Shown: in pieces, positions 11,636-22,700 of the stretch
How positions within the stretch are numbered: position 1 is the first letter of the stretch
Layout: each line of letters opens with the position of its first letter
From: Nageia nagi
Taxonomy: Eukaryota > Plantae > Pinophyta
Assembly (NCBI GenBank): GCA_050084985.1
Contig: JBITNC010000001.1
Span: 198,338,001-198,402,000 of the forward strand
Reading direction: 5' to 3'
DNA length: 64,000 bases
Program-made: the position numbers and the translations under genes
Notes under the pieces: model-generated
The model's input: only the letters and a program-made list of their open reading frames with translations
What the model was told of the DNA's origin: nothing
Databases searched by the model: none

Positions 11636-12182
11636 GTTTGGAGGTGTGATTGAATCAATGAAATTGCATGTCCAAAGAAGAAGTACAAAAGAAAATTTTA
11701 AGAACTTTGAACTCTTTGCTGCATTGCTACTTGGTGATGTTGCTGATGGTGAGGGTCCTTTGCTACCCCTTTGGATTGGTTGGCCCACGGAAGGTCCTCG
11801 AGTGGTGCAACTAAGATAAAATTTGAAGAACTATATCTCTTTGTCCCTTGTTATATCTTTTCCCTAGAAGGAACTTTGCTAGTAGGTAGTCTTATGGTTC
11901 CATTTCCAATCTTTGAAATGAAAATGTTATTTTTTCCCCCTTGCATTGTTCAACCATGGATCTGGTCATTTTGTCTTGTCTGATACTTAGGAAATTGAAG
12001 CTCTCATGCTCATGCCTTGAGATAGAAGAGGTTGTTGTATTTGTAATGATTTTTCATGAATGTGTATGCTGCTAATAGTGCAAGAATAGTGAGCATGCCA
12101 TCAATGACATGAGTTTCTTTGCATTCTTTTCTCTTCTTCGTGATGTAGATACCTGCAAAAATGTGTTAGCTATACCTTGCAT

Positions 12183-12550
12183 GAAAATGATCTGGATACA
12201 TAATGAGTTGCTTTGTCCATTGGAGGTGAGCCAATATCAATAATCTACTTACGACTACATTATTAGTTTATCTTTTGAGTGAGTGAACTCTCACTAGCCA
12301 TATTGTTGACCATCAATGGTCATATGTTTTATGTCTATGACCCAAAGACATTATGCTTTGTATGGTTCAAAGAAAAAATGATGTGGATACATAATAATTC
12401 ATATCATCTATTAGAGATGAGCCAATGTCAACATGGTTATGGTTGCATCATTAGTTTATCTTTTTAGTGAGTGAACTCTCGCTAGCTGTGTCATTGTCCA
12501 TTGACAATCTTGCATTTTATATCCATAGTTTACAGACATTATACTATCAT
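12183..12550. repeat. ~190-bp tandem duplication in the 3' UTR of element C
   Basis: Two copies of aaaatgat.tggatacataat...gagccaat...attagtttatctttt.agtgagtgaactctc.ctagc. Confidence 0.75.
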
Positions 12551-12699
12551 CAAATTTTTGTGTTGTCTTTTTCTCTCTTTTTTTTTTTGAATTGCACCAT
12601 CAGCTATATGAAAATAGTATAATATAATGAAAAACTAAAAATGAAAAGCTATGATACAAGTACCTTGCACAAGATTTTTGATGTTGTGCAAGGTACAGA

Positions 12700-15600
12700 G
12701 CCATTGTATTTATGCAAAGATGCGTTTGAGATGGGTGGCATTTAAGGTCTTTGGTTCTTATTTTCCATCCATGGAGGAGAGTTTTTAGGCTCCTCATATT
12801 GTTGCTTCTACTACAACAAATGGACCTAACCAATTTGGTTCAAATTTCCCTTTAACTTCATCATTTGTAGCTATCTTATTAATATTCTTTTTTTGCACTA
12901 GGTCTCCCACTTTGAATTCTTTTTCCTTGATCTTATTTCCAAATGCTCTTTTTAGTTTTGCATGATATACCATTTTATGTTCAATTTCTCTTAATTTCTT
13001 CTCATCTAATGAATCTAATTGTTGCAACCTAGCTTTTCTTAGATCTTCATCCATTATATCTCCTTACAAGGAAATCCTAAAGGAAGGGAGTTCTAACTCC
13101 AACGATATTACAACTTCATCTCCATACACCAATGATAATGGTGTTGTCCTAGTGCCTATTCTAATACTTATCCTCGATGCCCATAATGCACATGGTAGTT
13201 ACTTATGAAACATTGAAATCATAACCCTTTGGTAAGTAGCACCTGTATTTTTCAATCCAAAAGGCATAACCTTCCAATAAAAATTTCTCCATGGAATGGT
13301 AAAAGCAATCTTATGTTGGTCATTCAAATTGATTAATATTTGATTATAACTAGAAAAACCATCCATGAAAGACAACGTGTCATGACCAGCTATGCTATCC
13401 ATAATCATATCAATATTGGGCAATGGAAAATCATCTTAGGATAAGCATTATTAATATCTCAAAATTCAATGCAAATGCTTATTTTCTCAGTTGGCTTTGT
13501 GAGAAGAAAAATGTTAGCCATCCATTTAGAATAATCAATTGGTCTAATAAATCTAGCATTCAAATACTTCTTTATTTCTTTCTTAACTAACAAAGATTTT
13601 GAAGGATGCATTTTTTTTGGCTTTTGCTTGATTGGCTTAGCTCCCTTTTTAAGTGGTAGATTGTGTATAACAAATGAAGGATCTAAACTAGGCATATCAT
13701 TATAATACCAAGCAAATTTTTTGTGATGTTCAATGAATTTATTTTTCTACCTTTCATATTGTGGTGTAGGTAGGTTTGCTCCAATTTGAACCAATCTTTG
13801 CTCATCAGTTGTCTCAATATTGACATTCACCAATTCTTTCATTGGAAAGGTAAGCTCATCTTTCTTTTGCAATAGAGAAGGCAATTCCTCTAATCCTTGT
13901 ATGTCATTTGTATCATTAGTCTCTAGTTGAACCTAAAACACTTCATTAAAATTCCCCTCTTGATAAAAATATGCATATTCATTGAGAACATAACTAACTT
14001 TCCTCTTTTTAGACTTAGGCAAATTTGAATGTGCCCCCAAGTATTCTAAAATATTATCATTAGTATTCAAGTAATCAAATTCTAAAGGGATAGTATCATC
14101 GATCCATACATCTCTATCAATATCATCAGATAATTCAATCAAATTACATTCTTTTACAAATTTAATAGGTCCTAATACTTGTTTAGTGTTGTTATCACTT
14201 CCCAATCCATTTTTAGTCATTTGTGCTTTTGAATTATTAGGAAATGAAGGCATCCCTTGCTCAAAATTTCCTAATCCTCCCCCTTTGTACTTGTAATTTT
14301 CAATTATATATTTATGAATAAAAGGAGATGGAAAGAGTTTACCTATTTCAGTAGTCATTCAAACTTTTGATGATTTTTTAGGATTGGGCGATATAGACAT
14401 GACAGAGTAAGATCCTTCACCATCTCTACTATTTTCACACTGCTTATGGCCTTTTGGTAGAAAAGCACACCACTGACGACCCTCCATAAATAGAATTTTG
14501 GGCCATCCCAAATCTTTAATAGACATAAATAAATCCACATTCTCAATTTTGTATGTAACCATTTTAGTTTATGTAATCTAAGTCTATTTTTCTATGTCTT
14601 CCCTTAATGCACTTTGTTCCAAGGGCTCAATCTCATACCTTGGATAAGTCATTGTAAATTCCTCAAAACTTGCTGCATTATAGAAAGCATATGGATTTGG
14701 ATCTCCAAGCACTGTATGGATCTCATCCTAAAATTCAAACTTTAATATGCCATGTACCGTATATGGGACTACATCCATATCATGAAGCCAAGGTCTTTCC
14801 AATAACAAATTATATTATAATTTGTAATCAATAAACTAAAATTTAGTTGCAATTGTCCTTACTCTTGTAGTTACCATAATTGTATCTATCCCAACTAATT
14901 TTTTAGATGAGCTATTGTATGTTGTAATCCTAAATGTGACTTTTTCTAATGGAGGAATTTTTACACCTTTTTCATTTTGTTGGATCAAAAACTTATGGGA
15001 ACATACATTGATAGCTGATTATATACTAATGTTCTTTTTATTTCCCATCCATCAATCATAGGTGTAATATATAAAGCTAAACACTCATAAGGAAATTCCT
15101 TATTAAGCTTTTCAAATTTGTAAAAAGAGATAACATCACATTCCTTAATAGCTTTAAACTTTTCAGAGAACATAGCAATAGACATATTTGTAGGAACTAC
15201 CTCCTTTTTGAACAAAGCATATAAGATCTCCCTATGTGTTTCAGATATGGATATAAGATCATATAAACTAATCTTTGTAGGAATAGTTTTTAATTGATCA
15301 ATCATAATGTATGTCTTTGAATTAGGTGGGATACTTATTTTGTAATGATCAAATTGGGAACATGTCTTGGATGGCCTCTTCTTAACCCAACACAAAATTC
15401 TTTGTCCACTAAAATTGTATTCACTGTATTTTCTTGATTTACATCTATTTGATACTTTCCTTCAACAATAAGATCCAATATAGCTACCTCTAATGCTTTG
15501 TAAAATTGGTAGCATGACCCTTCCTTTGATGAAATGTGCAATAAGCATCCGATTTCCCCATGGGAACATTATCATATTAGGTTGATTTTTCCAATAGTTG

Positions 15601-16520
15601 CAATAATTCCTTTTTTATTACATCCTTCATAATAAATCTTGATTGAATTGGAAAAGTGTAACTCACATATTTTGTAGTGGTAGATCTTTGCTACTTTGGT
15701 GGAGAAGCAAGTCTATCAGCCATATGTATCATTTTTCTTTATTTTTAGCATATGCCTTTCTATTCTCATTATGGAAAGGATTAGATGCCTACTTGAGCTC
15801 CCCTAACTCAAGTAAAACTTTTTCTTTTTGTAATAACTCTTGTATTAATACTCCAAATCCTACATATTTGTTACTAAGAGCATGTAAATTGATAATTGGC
15901 AAGATAGAATCTCTAAACATAGAACAAATTTTATTTTTATCTAATTTGCTTTGAATATATTTCCATACCTTTTTAAATCATGGAATGTACTTTTCTAGTG
16001 TTTCATTACCCCCTTTTCTCATTGCACATAACTCTGTAATGATACATTGCTCTGTGATGTTATGTTTGTATTGTCCTATGAATAACTTGAACAATGATTT
16101 GAAAGAATCAATTGAACCATCAAGAAAATTATAAAACCATTGACTAGCATTAACTTTTAAACTCCTTGGGAAGAACTTTACCATCAACTTATCCTTTGAC
16201 CCTAATTTCAATAAGAACTTCTGATAAGATGCTATTTTGGATCTTGTTTGCCACTAAACATCTCAAACTTGGGGGCCTTGTGCTTGGGTGGTAGGGGAGA
16301 ATTGTAGATCTCCTCAGACAAGGGTGAGATGAATACACCAACATAGTCCTCTTCACTTTGCTATGATCTCCTACTATTCTCGAGATTAGTAAGTCATGCA
16401 GCAGTGATAAGATCTAGCATTATCGATGAACTACCTAGACTATTGAACGATTGGATTTTCTTTTCCATATTTTCTATTCTATTAAGAACTTCCTTTAGAA
16501 ATTGTTCCATTCTTACACCA
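12700..16520 (-). pseudogene. Degenerate gag-pol of element C
   Basis: Track ORFs 15978-16211 (gag ASQWFY), 14985-15395 (pre-protease), 13933-14358, 13459-13695, 13199-13423 (RT) and 12794-13054 (IN tail). Confidence 0.9.
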
Positions 16521-16607
16521 TTGATAGGCCAAAAAGAACTAAATATACTGTTGCAATGTATATCTATTATAGAATTTTTATGAGATCTCATTAGTCGGGA
16601 AAGATAA

Positions 16608-16628
16608 ATCGAACAGTTGGGTTCACCA
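16608..16628 (-). promoter_or_regulatory. Primer binding site, tRNA-Trp type (element C)
   Basis: + strand atcgaacagttgggttcacca resembles the plant tRNA-Trp 3' end (...ttcgattcacgtcgggttcacca) as recalled. Confidence 0.7.
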
Positions 16629-16631
16629 AAA

Positions 16632-17264
16632 TGTAGACTTAAAATAATGCATAAATAGTAAATAGATGCACTATTTGTCTACCCTATATTATTGAAGCAT
16701 ATATCGGAAATATGACATCAAAAAAATAATGATAATTAATGTACCTTCATTATAGTCACATAAACATGAAATAATAGAAACCATTCATCAATTTCCATGG
16801 TGCATTCATAAAGACATATGCCACCAACAGTCCAAAGATACCACACTACTAGTTGTGTAGATTAAGCAAATCGATAAATGGAATAAAATATATATGAAAG
16901 CAACATGAAGAGTTTAACAAATCTATGCAGAGGTGGTGTTATAAAATACTGTTATTGATAGGATAGAGTGATCTTACATTTGTTAAAGTCTCTCCTAGTA
17001 TTTTTGATGCCCTTGCATGATGTCTCTTGCATTTCCTTTGATGTGTCTTTATGATGTCCTATTTTGCTTTGATTCTTGAGATCATTGCACATTACATGGT
17101 TTGAGGTATCTTTTTTTATATTTGATACCTTTTACATTGTGCAATGGTCCATTACATTTATTATACTACCTTGGGTATATTTTAACCTCTTTTTTACAAT
17201 AAATATCATTGATGCTATAAAATGAATTATTAAATAAGTAATAATTCATTTTTCGACATCTACA
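16632..17264 (-). repeat. 5' LTR of element C
   Basis: TGTAGA...TCTACA termini, adjacent to the PBS. Confidence 0.9.
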
Positions 17265-17774
17265 AATTCCAAAATGGAGTTTAATGCCATTTATATATTG
17301 ATTGGCCACCATTATATTGATTAGGATAGTGGGATTAGTCACCTAAAGGTTGACTATAACTAATCTTGATTAGGTCAAACTTGTTGGTTGGTATCCTCCT
17401 AACCAATTGGCCCTATAGATCAATCATGTACATGCTAATTACAAAATAGAGAGTGATTTTCTCAACTTTAGCCCATGAGTTAGGCTCCATTATCAACAAT
17501 TCCATATAAGATTTTATATAAGGACTACATACTAATGCAAAAAAAATTGTAACCCTTACTTCACACATAACATTATTGGTTATTATATTTATCCAAAAAT
17601 GATAAATCCTCCTATTATTTGAAAATAATTGGAAAAAAGAACAACATTTCTATACTATTGAGAAACTATAGAAAATTAGTTATAACTTATATAAGAAAAA
17701 AAAAATTACAAATATCATATCCATGAACTACTATAATTATTTTATAAACAACTATAATACTAATGATAACATTA

Positions 17775-19224
17775 TGTAATGAACCTAAAATGGGTCAATG
17801 ATATTTTGCCCAAATCCCTCAAGTTCAAAATAAAATCAATAAGCAAAACCACCAAAAATGCCCTAGGTGAGGGATGTTGGTTTCCAAAGCTCCAGATATC
17901 ACCAATTAAGCTTAAATATTGCAAGTAATCCTAATGTCTAGCTAATATTGATATTAACTTAGAAATAAACTCACAAAATGCTCAAACACCCAATGTAGCG
18001 ATAAGGAAGCCAAAATATGAACAAACAACTTAAAATGCACTTCCAGATCCAACATCTAAGCATAAAGAGAGATAAAAAAATAATGTAATTGTATTTGAAT
18101 ATAGAATGGTATGAATCTTAATTACAATAATGTTGCTAAGAATACTGATGTTCTATGGATTAGTATTCATAGTATGGCAAAGCATGCAATAGGTCTTCCT
18201 CCTCCAACAGCTATGGTGGAATCTCAAAGATCCACTAGCAGTATTCTATTAATTTAAGGATAATGCCAACACCTCTTAAATATCTAGCTAAAAACTTGGG
18301 TTGCACTAACCGCCAAGTGTGTGCCCATGTAATTCTTACATTGCACCTCGCTACAAGTACCTCATTTCAAAGAAGTGGAATTCTAGAAGAGTAGAACTCC
18401 AACCAAGAAGAGGAAATATCAATAATCATAGCATGTATCTGGTCTTTTAGGATTCCTCCTTAAATAGGAGAGGTAGCTGATATTATAATCATGCATTGGG
18501 TTTGATCCAATGATGTATAAGGGTAATCTATGTGCTCCTTAGCCAATGTCAAGGATGACATGAATTGAGATGAGTGTTATCACATCCAAGGATTTAGAAT
18601 ACTAATATTGGGTATGTGGGGACCATGCATCTTAATGTCAACACCATAAGCTAGCAAGCCTCCAAGGTGAGATGTGGGTATCTTGGGATACCCTAATGCG
18701 CAACTTGGTATCCAATCTTCCTCATAAACCCAACATCCAAGTGTGTATGCCTTTCAATGCCTTGGAATGTTAAATATCTCTCTGAGTGTGCCATGTCCAA
18801 GTTAGGTTGTCTTCTTGTACCTTGTGATGGGTGAAATCATCTAGTGCATGCTCTACCTCAAAAGGGATGAAATAAATAAAATGGAGGCCCATTAATGCCA
18901 ATTTACATTCATCAAGGCTCTAAATATGCAACATCCCAAATTAGATGATTAATATTACATTTACAATTAATAATTAGCCTTGGTATTTTAATTACATAAT
19001 TATTTATATTATTAAATATAAATAATATCTAATAAGCTAAAATAGGCCCCAACATCCCATAATTGAAATAATTAATTATTCTATAAGTGGAATTTACAAT
19101 AATTAGTCATGAATCAGGCTAAAAATCCACTAAATTGCTAAAATTAAATAAAAATACTTTTAATCTAATGTTCCCATTTATCAAAGTGAAATGGGGAAAA
19201 CACCATAAAATTAGGGACATTACA
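17775..19224. mobile_element. Element D: solo LTR (~1450 bp)
   Basis: Terminal inverted repeat TGTAATG...CATTACA; flanks CATTA/CATTC (4/5 TSD match); no PBS, PPT or coding interior. Confidence 0.8.
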
Positions 19225-19745
19225 CATTCCTAAAATTCCAAATAATGATCACTAAAAAAAATCTTATTTAAAATATGAAAATAAATAGTTATCATAACTA
19301 GATTGAAGGGGAAAAAAAAACTAAAAAGTAAAGAGTAGCTTTGCATTCATAACAATAAGTATCGTATGCCTCTTTAAGGGGATGAACTTTGAATGTATAA
19401 TAATTATATTACTTCTCACCAAGATGAAAATATTATATTTCTCAAAAGATTATATTTATAAGTATTCTAACCTAAAAGCTCAAGGTTCATGATTATCTAC
19501 TCAAAGGACTTGAGTTATAATTATTCCTATTCCGTTATAACATTACTTAAATTAATTATCAAAATATTATGGTGATTTTTTTCACCCTTTGAATAAGATG
19601 ATACAATATTGTTTCACATAACAAAAATCATCAAAAATCAATAGAAATGATTCAAAATAAAAGTTAATATTCTTAACAAGACCCATGTCTATACATTAGG
19701 CAATTGAAAGAAGACAAAGTAGTTCTTTATCTCCACCCAAAATCA

Positions 19746-22700
19746 TCTTGGATGGAATCCTCCTATTCTATAACTCAAGTAAGCAATCACACATAAGAGA
19801 TAACACAAAATATGTAGTGGTTCCTCTCAAACTGGAGAGTAGTCCACTCTAACTCTAAACTTAATTACTTCTCAATAACTCCACAAGAACCCTCTTACAA
19901 AGATCTCTCTTCCCACAAGCTTAGAGCATTTCCATGCTTCTATAAAGGTTAAGAATACATAAGAGGAATCCTCTATTTATAGGGAGAGAACCTATGCACA
20001 TGAGATGTGCATCCTCATGCCCATGAGGTTGAATGTAGAACCATCTCCCTATTTTTTTTATTCACCAAATACTTAAAAGGTATTTGAATATACTTTTAAG
20101 TATTTATGTGTATTATTTAGAGAGTAACCTAAGAAGAAGAGATATTATTATTTATATACTTTATAAATAATAATCTATACAATAGTGCATTATTTATTCT
20201 AACACTCCCCCTTAATGCAATATTGGGTAGAGAGAAGAGAAGATAGGAAGAGAGTGTAAGAGAGTTCTCCTCCATAAGAATACATTCAAATATGAGAACT
20301 TAACATCTTCAGAAGTAATAAAGTCTAGATAAGGCTCAACTACATAATCATTTAAAAAATAGTTTATAATACAATAATTATCAACCATAAATGGTTTCAT
20401 CATACAAGTAGTAATCATACAACAATATGTTGACATGATGAGCCTCAATGAGCCTGCATACCTGAAGTAAGTAACCTGCAAGTTACAAGCAACTCATAAC
20501 AAGATTATTTAGATGCATATATATATTCATATCAACATAAGATAAATTAACCAAGTCAAGCCATCTATAAACTAATCATCAAATGGTGCATTATTAGTCA
20601 TCAATAGATGTCAAGCCAACATATAGTAATGTGCTGTATAAATAAAACATATGTTGATCAACATCAAAGACTAGAACATATGCACATATTAGTTCCTCAC
20701 ACATGGATAACTAAATAGTTCCCATAAGATCATATGTTCTAAACAAGTCCCTCACATATGGATAAATCAAATGAGTTCCTCACACATGGAGTATAAGAGA
20801 GTGCATACATAAAGATCAGGACTATACATCCAAAAACAATCTTCCTAGGGGTGAAGTTATCATCACAAACATGAATGCAATAAGAAGAATTCAACCTTCA
20901 AACTTCAATCCCCCTTGAGGACAACTTCATCAATCTAAGAGACCCCCAAAGTTTATAGAATTGAACTTTAGAAAGGGGTTTGGTGAATAAATTAGTAGAT
21001 TTTTTATTCTTTGGATAATACTATAGTTGCAAAGTGCCTTCTAGAACCTTCTCCCTAATGAAATGGGCTTGGATTTCTATATATTTGGTTTGCTAATGAT
21101 AAATAGGGTTATTGGCCAAAGCAATAGTTGATTGATTATCTAAATAAATAAGAGATGGACCAAACTATTGAAACCTAATTTATTTCAAAACATGATGAAG
21201 CCAAATAGCTTCCTGGGTTGCAACTGTCATAGCTCGATATTCTACCTTTGAGGTAAATAGAGTGATTGTAGGTTATTTCTTGGAGGACCAAGAGATAGCA
21301 TCAAAATCAATATTAAACACATAAGAAAAAGTAGATTTTCTATCATATCTATCACATCCATAGTTAAAATATGAGAACCTTGAAAGAACAAAGAAAGGCA
21401 ACTTGGTAAATTTGAGGGCAAAATCTTTAGTTCCCACAACTCAAGATCTTATTACCAATATTAATATGCTTAATATATGGTTATTAGATAAATTGTGCTA
21501 TCAAATTCACTGCATAGGCAATATCTATCTTGGAGATAGTTAAATAAAGAAGACTTACAATAAGCTTCCTATATGCTATAATATCTACCACATGAGAGGT
21601 AGAGTTGGTCTCAATATTGATTCCAAGAGAAACTAGGATAGTTAGAGTCTTACACTTGCTCATTCCAAACTTTTGCAAAATATCATAGATGTATTTAGAT
21701 TGAATAAGGTAGGTACAATCTTAACATTGATATACTTTCACCCTAAGGTAGTAGTGCAAGAGGCCAAGATCATTCATTTCATATTCTAGCTTAAGTTTGG
21801 TGATGCACTCATTGATGATGATCATATTATTCCCTGTAATCAAAAGATTATCAACATAAACAAGAATCAAGACCAAGTCTTTTCCTTCATTGACCACATA
21901 GAGATTTGTATCTAAGCAGCATTTAAAGAACCTAATAGTCTCAAAGTATCCTAAAATATTTTTATACTAAGCTCTTGGTGCTTGCTTAAGTCCAACACAA
22001 ATACTTTTTTAGCTTGTACATATGGAACTTTTTTCCATTAACAACAAACTCTTTAGGATGGTTCATGTAGATCTTAACATCAAAATCACCATTGATAAAA
22101 ACACTTTTCCTATCAAGTTGGAATACCTTCCAATCTTGAGCTACTAAAAGGGTAAGGATCAATTTGAATGTAGACATCTTTGTAATTGGAGAAAATGTTT
22201 CTTCATAATCAACTCCATATTTTTGAGCAAAATCCTTAGCTACCAACCTTGCATTATATTTCTCAATTACACAATCTGAGTTATACTTAACCTTGTAAAC
22301 CCATTTGTTTCCAATTGCATTCCTTGTAGTGGGATATGGAACCAAGTCCCAAGTTCCATTTTCCATAAGAGCCTCAAATTCCAATTTCATTGCATCCATC
22401 CAACAAGAATGTTTAGAAGCTTTCTTGAAGGTTGAAGATTCATTATGGCCTTCAATTTTGGTAAGAAGAGACTTATTCAATGTCATACTTCTAGTGATTC
22501 ATTAAGATGGAGTATTTTGCTCTCAAGGTGACCATTCTGAAGTAAGGTCCAACCACTTAGGCCTTTCTTAAGATGAATTTTCAAGGTCTTTACTTGAAGA
22601 GGGATCATTAGAATCTTAATTGATTTTAACATCATTGGAAACAAACACTACTTTTGAAGAGGGAGAGTAGAAGCTATACCCTTGATGTTGACTATCATAA

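Larger units (their letters stand above)
11001..17264 (-). mobile_element. Element C: Ty3/Gypsy Tat-type LTR retrotransposon, internally deleted
   Basis: ~630-bp LTR pair, PBS, gag, protease region, G-patch-like motif, RT N-half (SFMDGFSSYNQI...VMPFGLKN) and integrase tail (GKFEPNWLGPFVV). TSD ambiguous. Confidence 0.9.
10542..17498 (-). mobile_element. Element B: Copia-like relic (PBS + 5' LTR, 10555-11000 and ~17265-17498), interrupted by element C
   Basis: ctttgatacca (reverse tRNA-Met PBS) then TGTTAG at 10555. Contains a Copia-LTR-like aagcaatcacaca...gtggttcacccaatgtaggctac stretch. Plausible far end tatcaaca at 17498. Confidence 0.6.

Noticed and set aside
16608-16628. tRNA gene
   Set aside because: Only a 3'-end match adjacent to an LTR; it is a PBS with no cloverleaf. 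The same applies to 47985-48001 and 52942-52958.
10996-17261. CATCT as the TSD of element C
   Set aside because: The right copy (17257-17261) overlaps the TCTACA LTR terminus, so it cannot be accepted without a family alignment.
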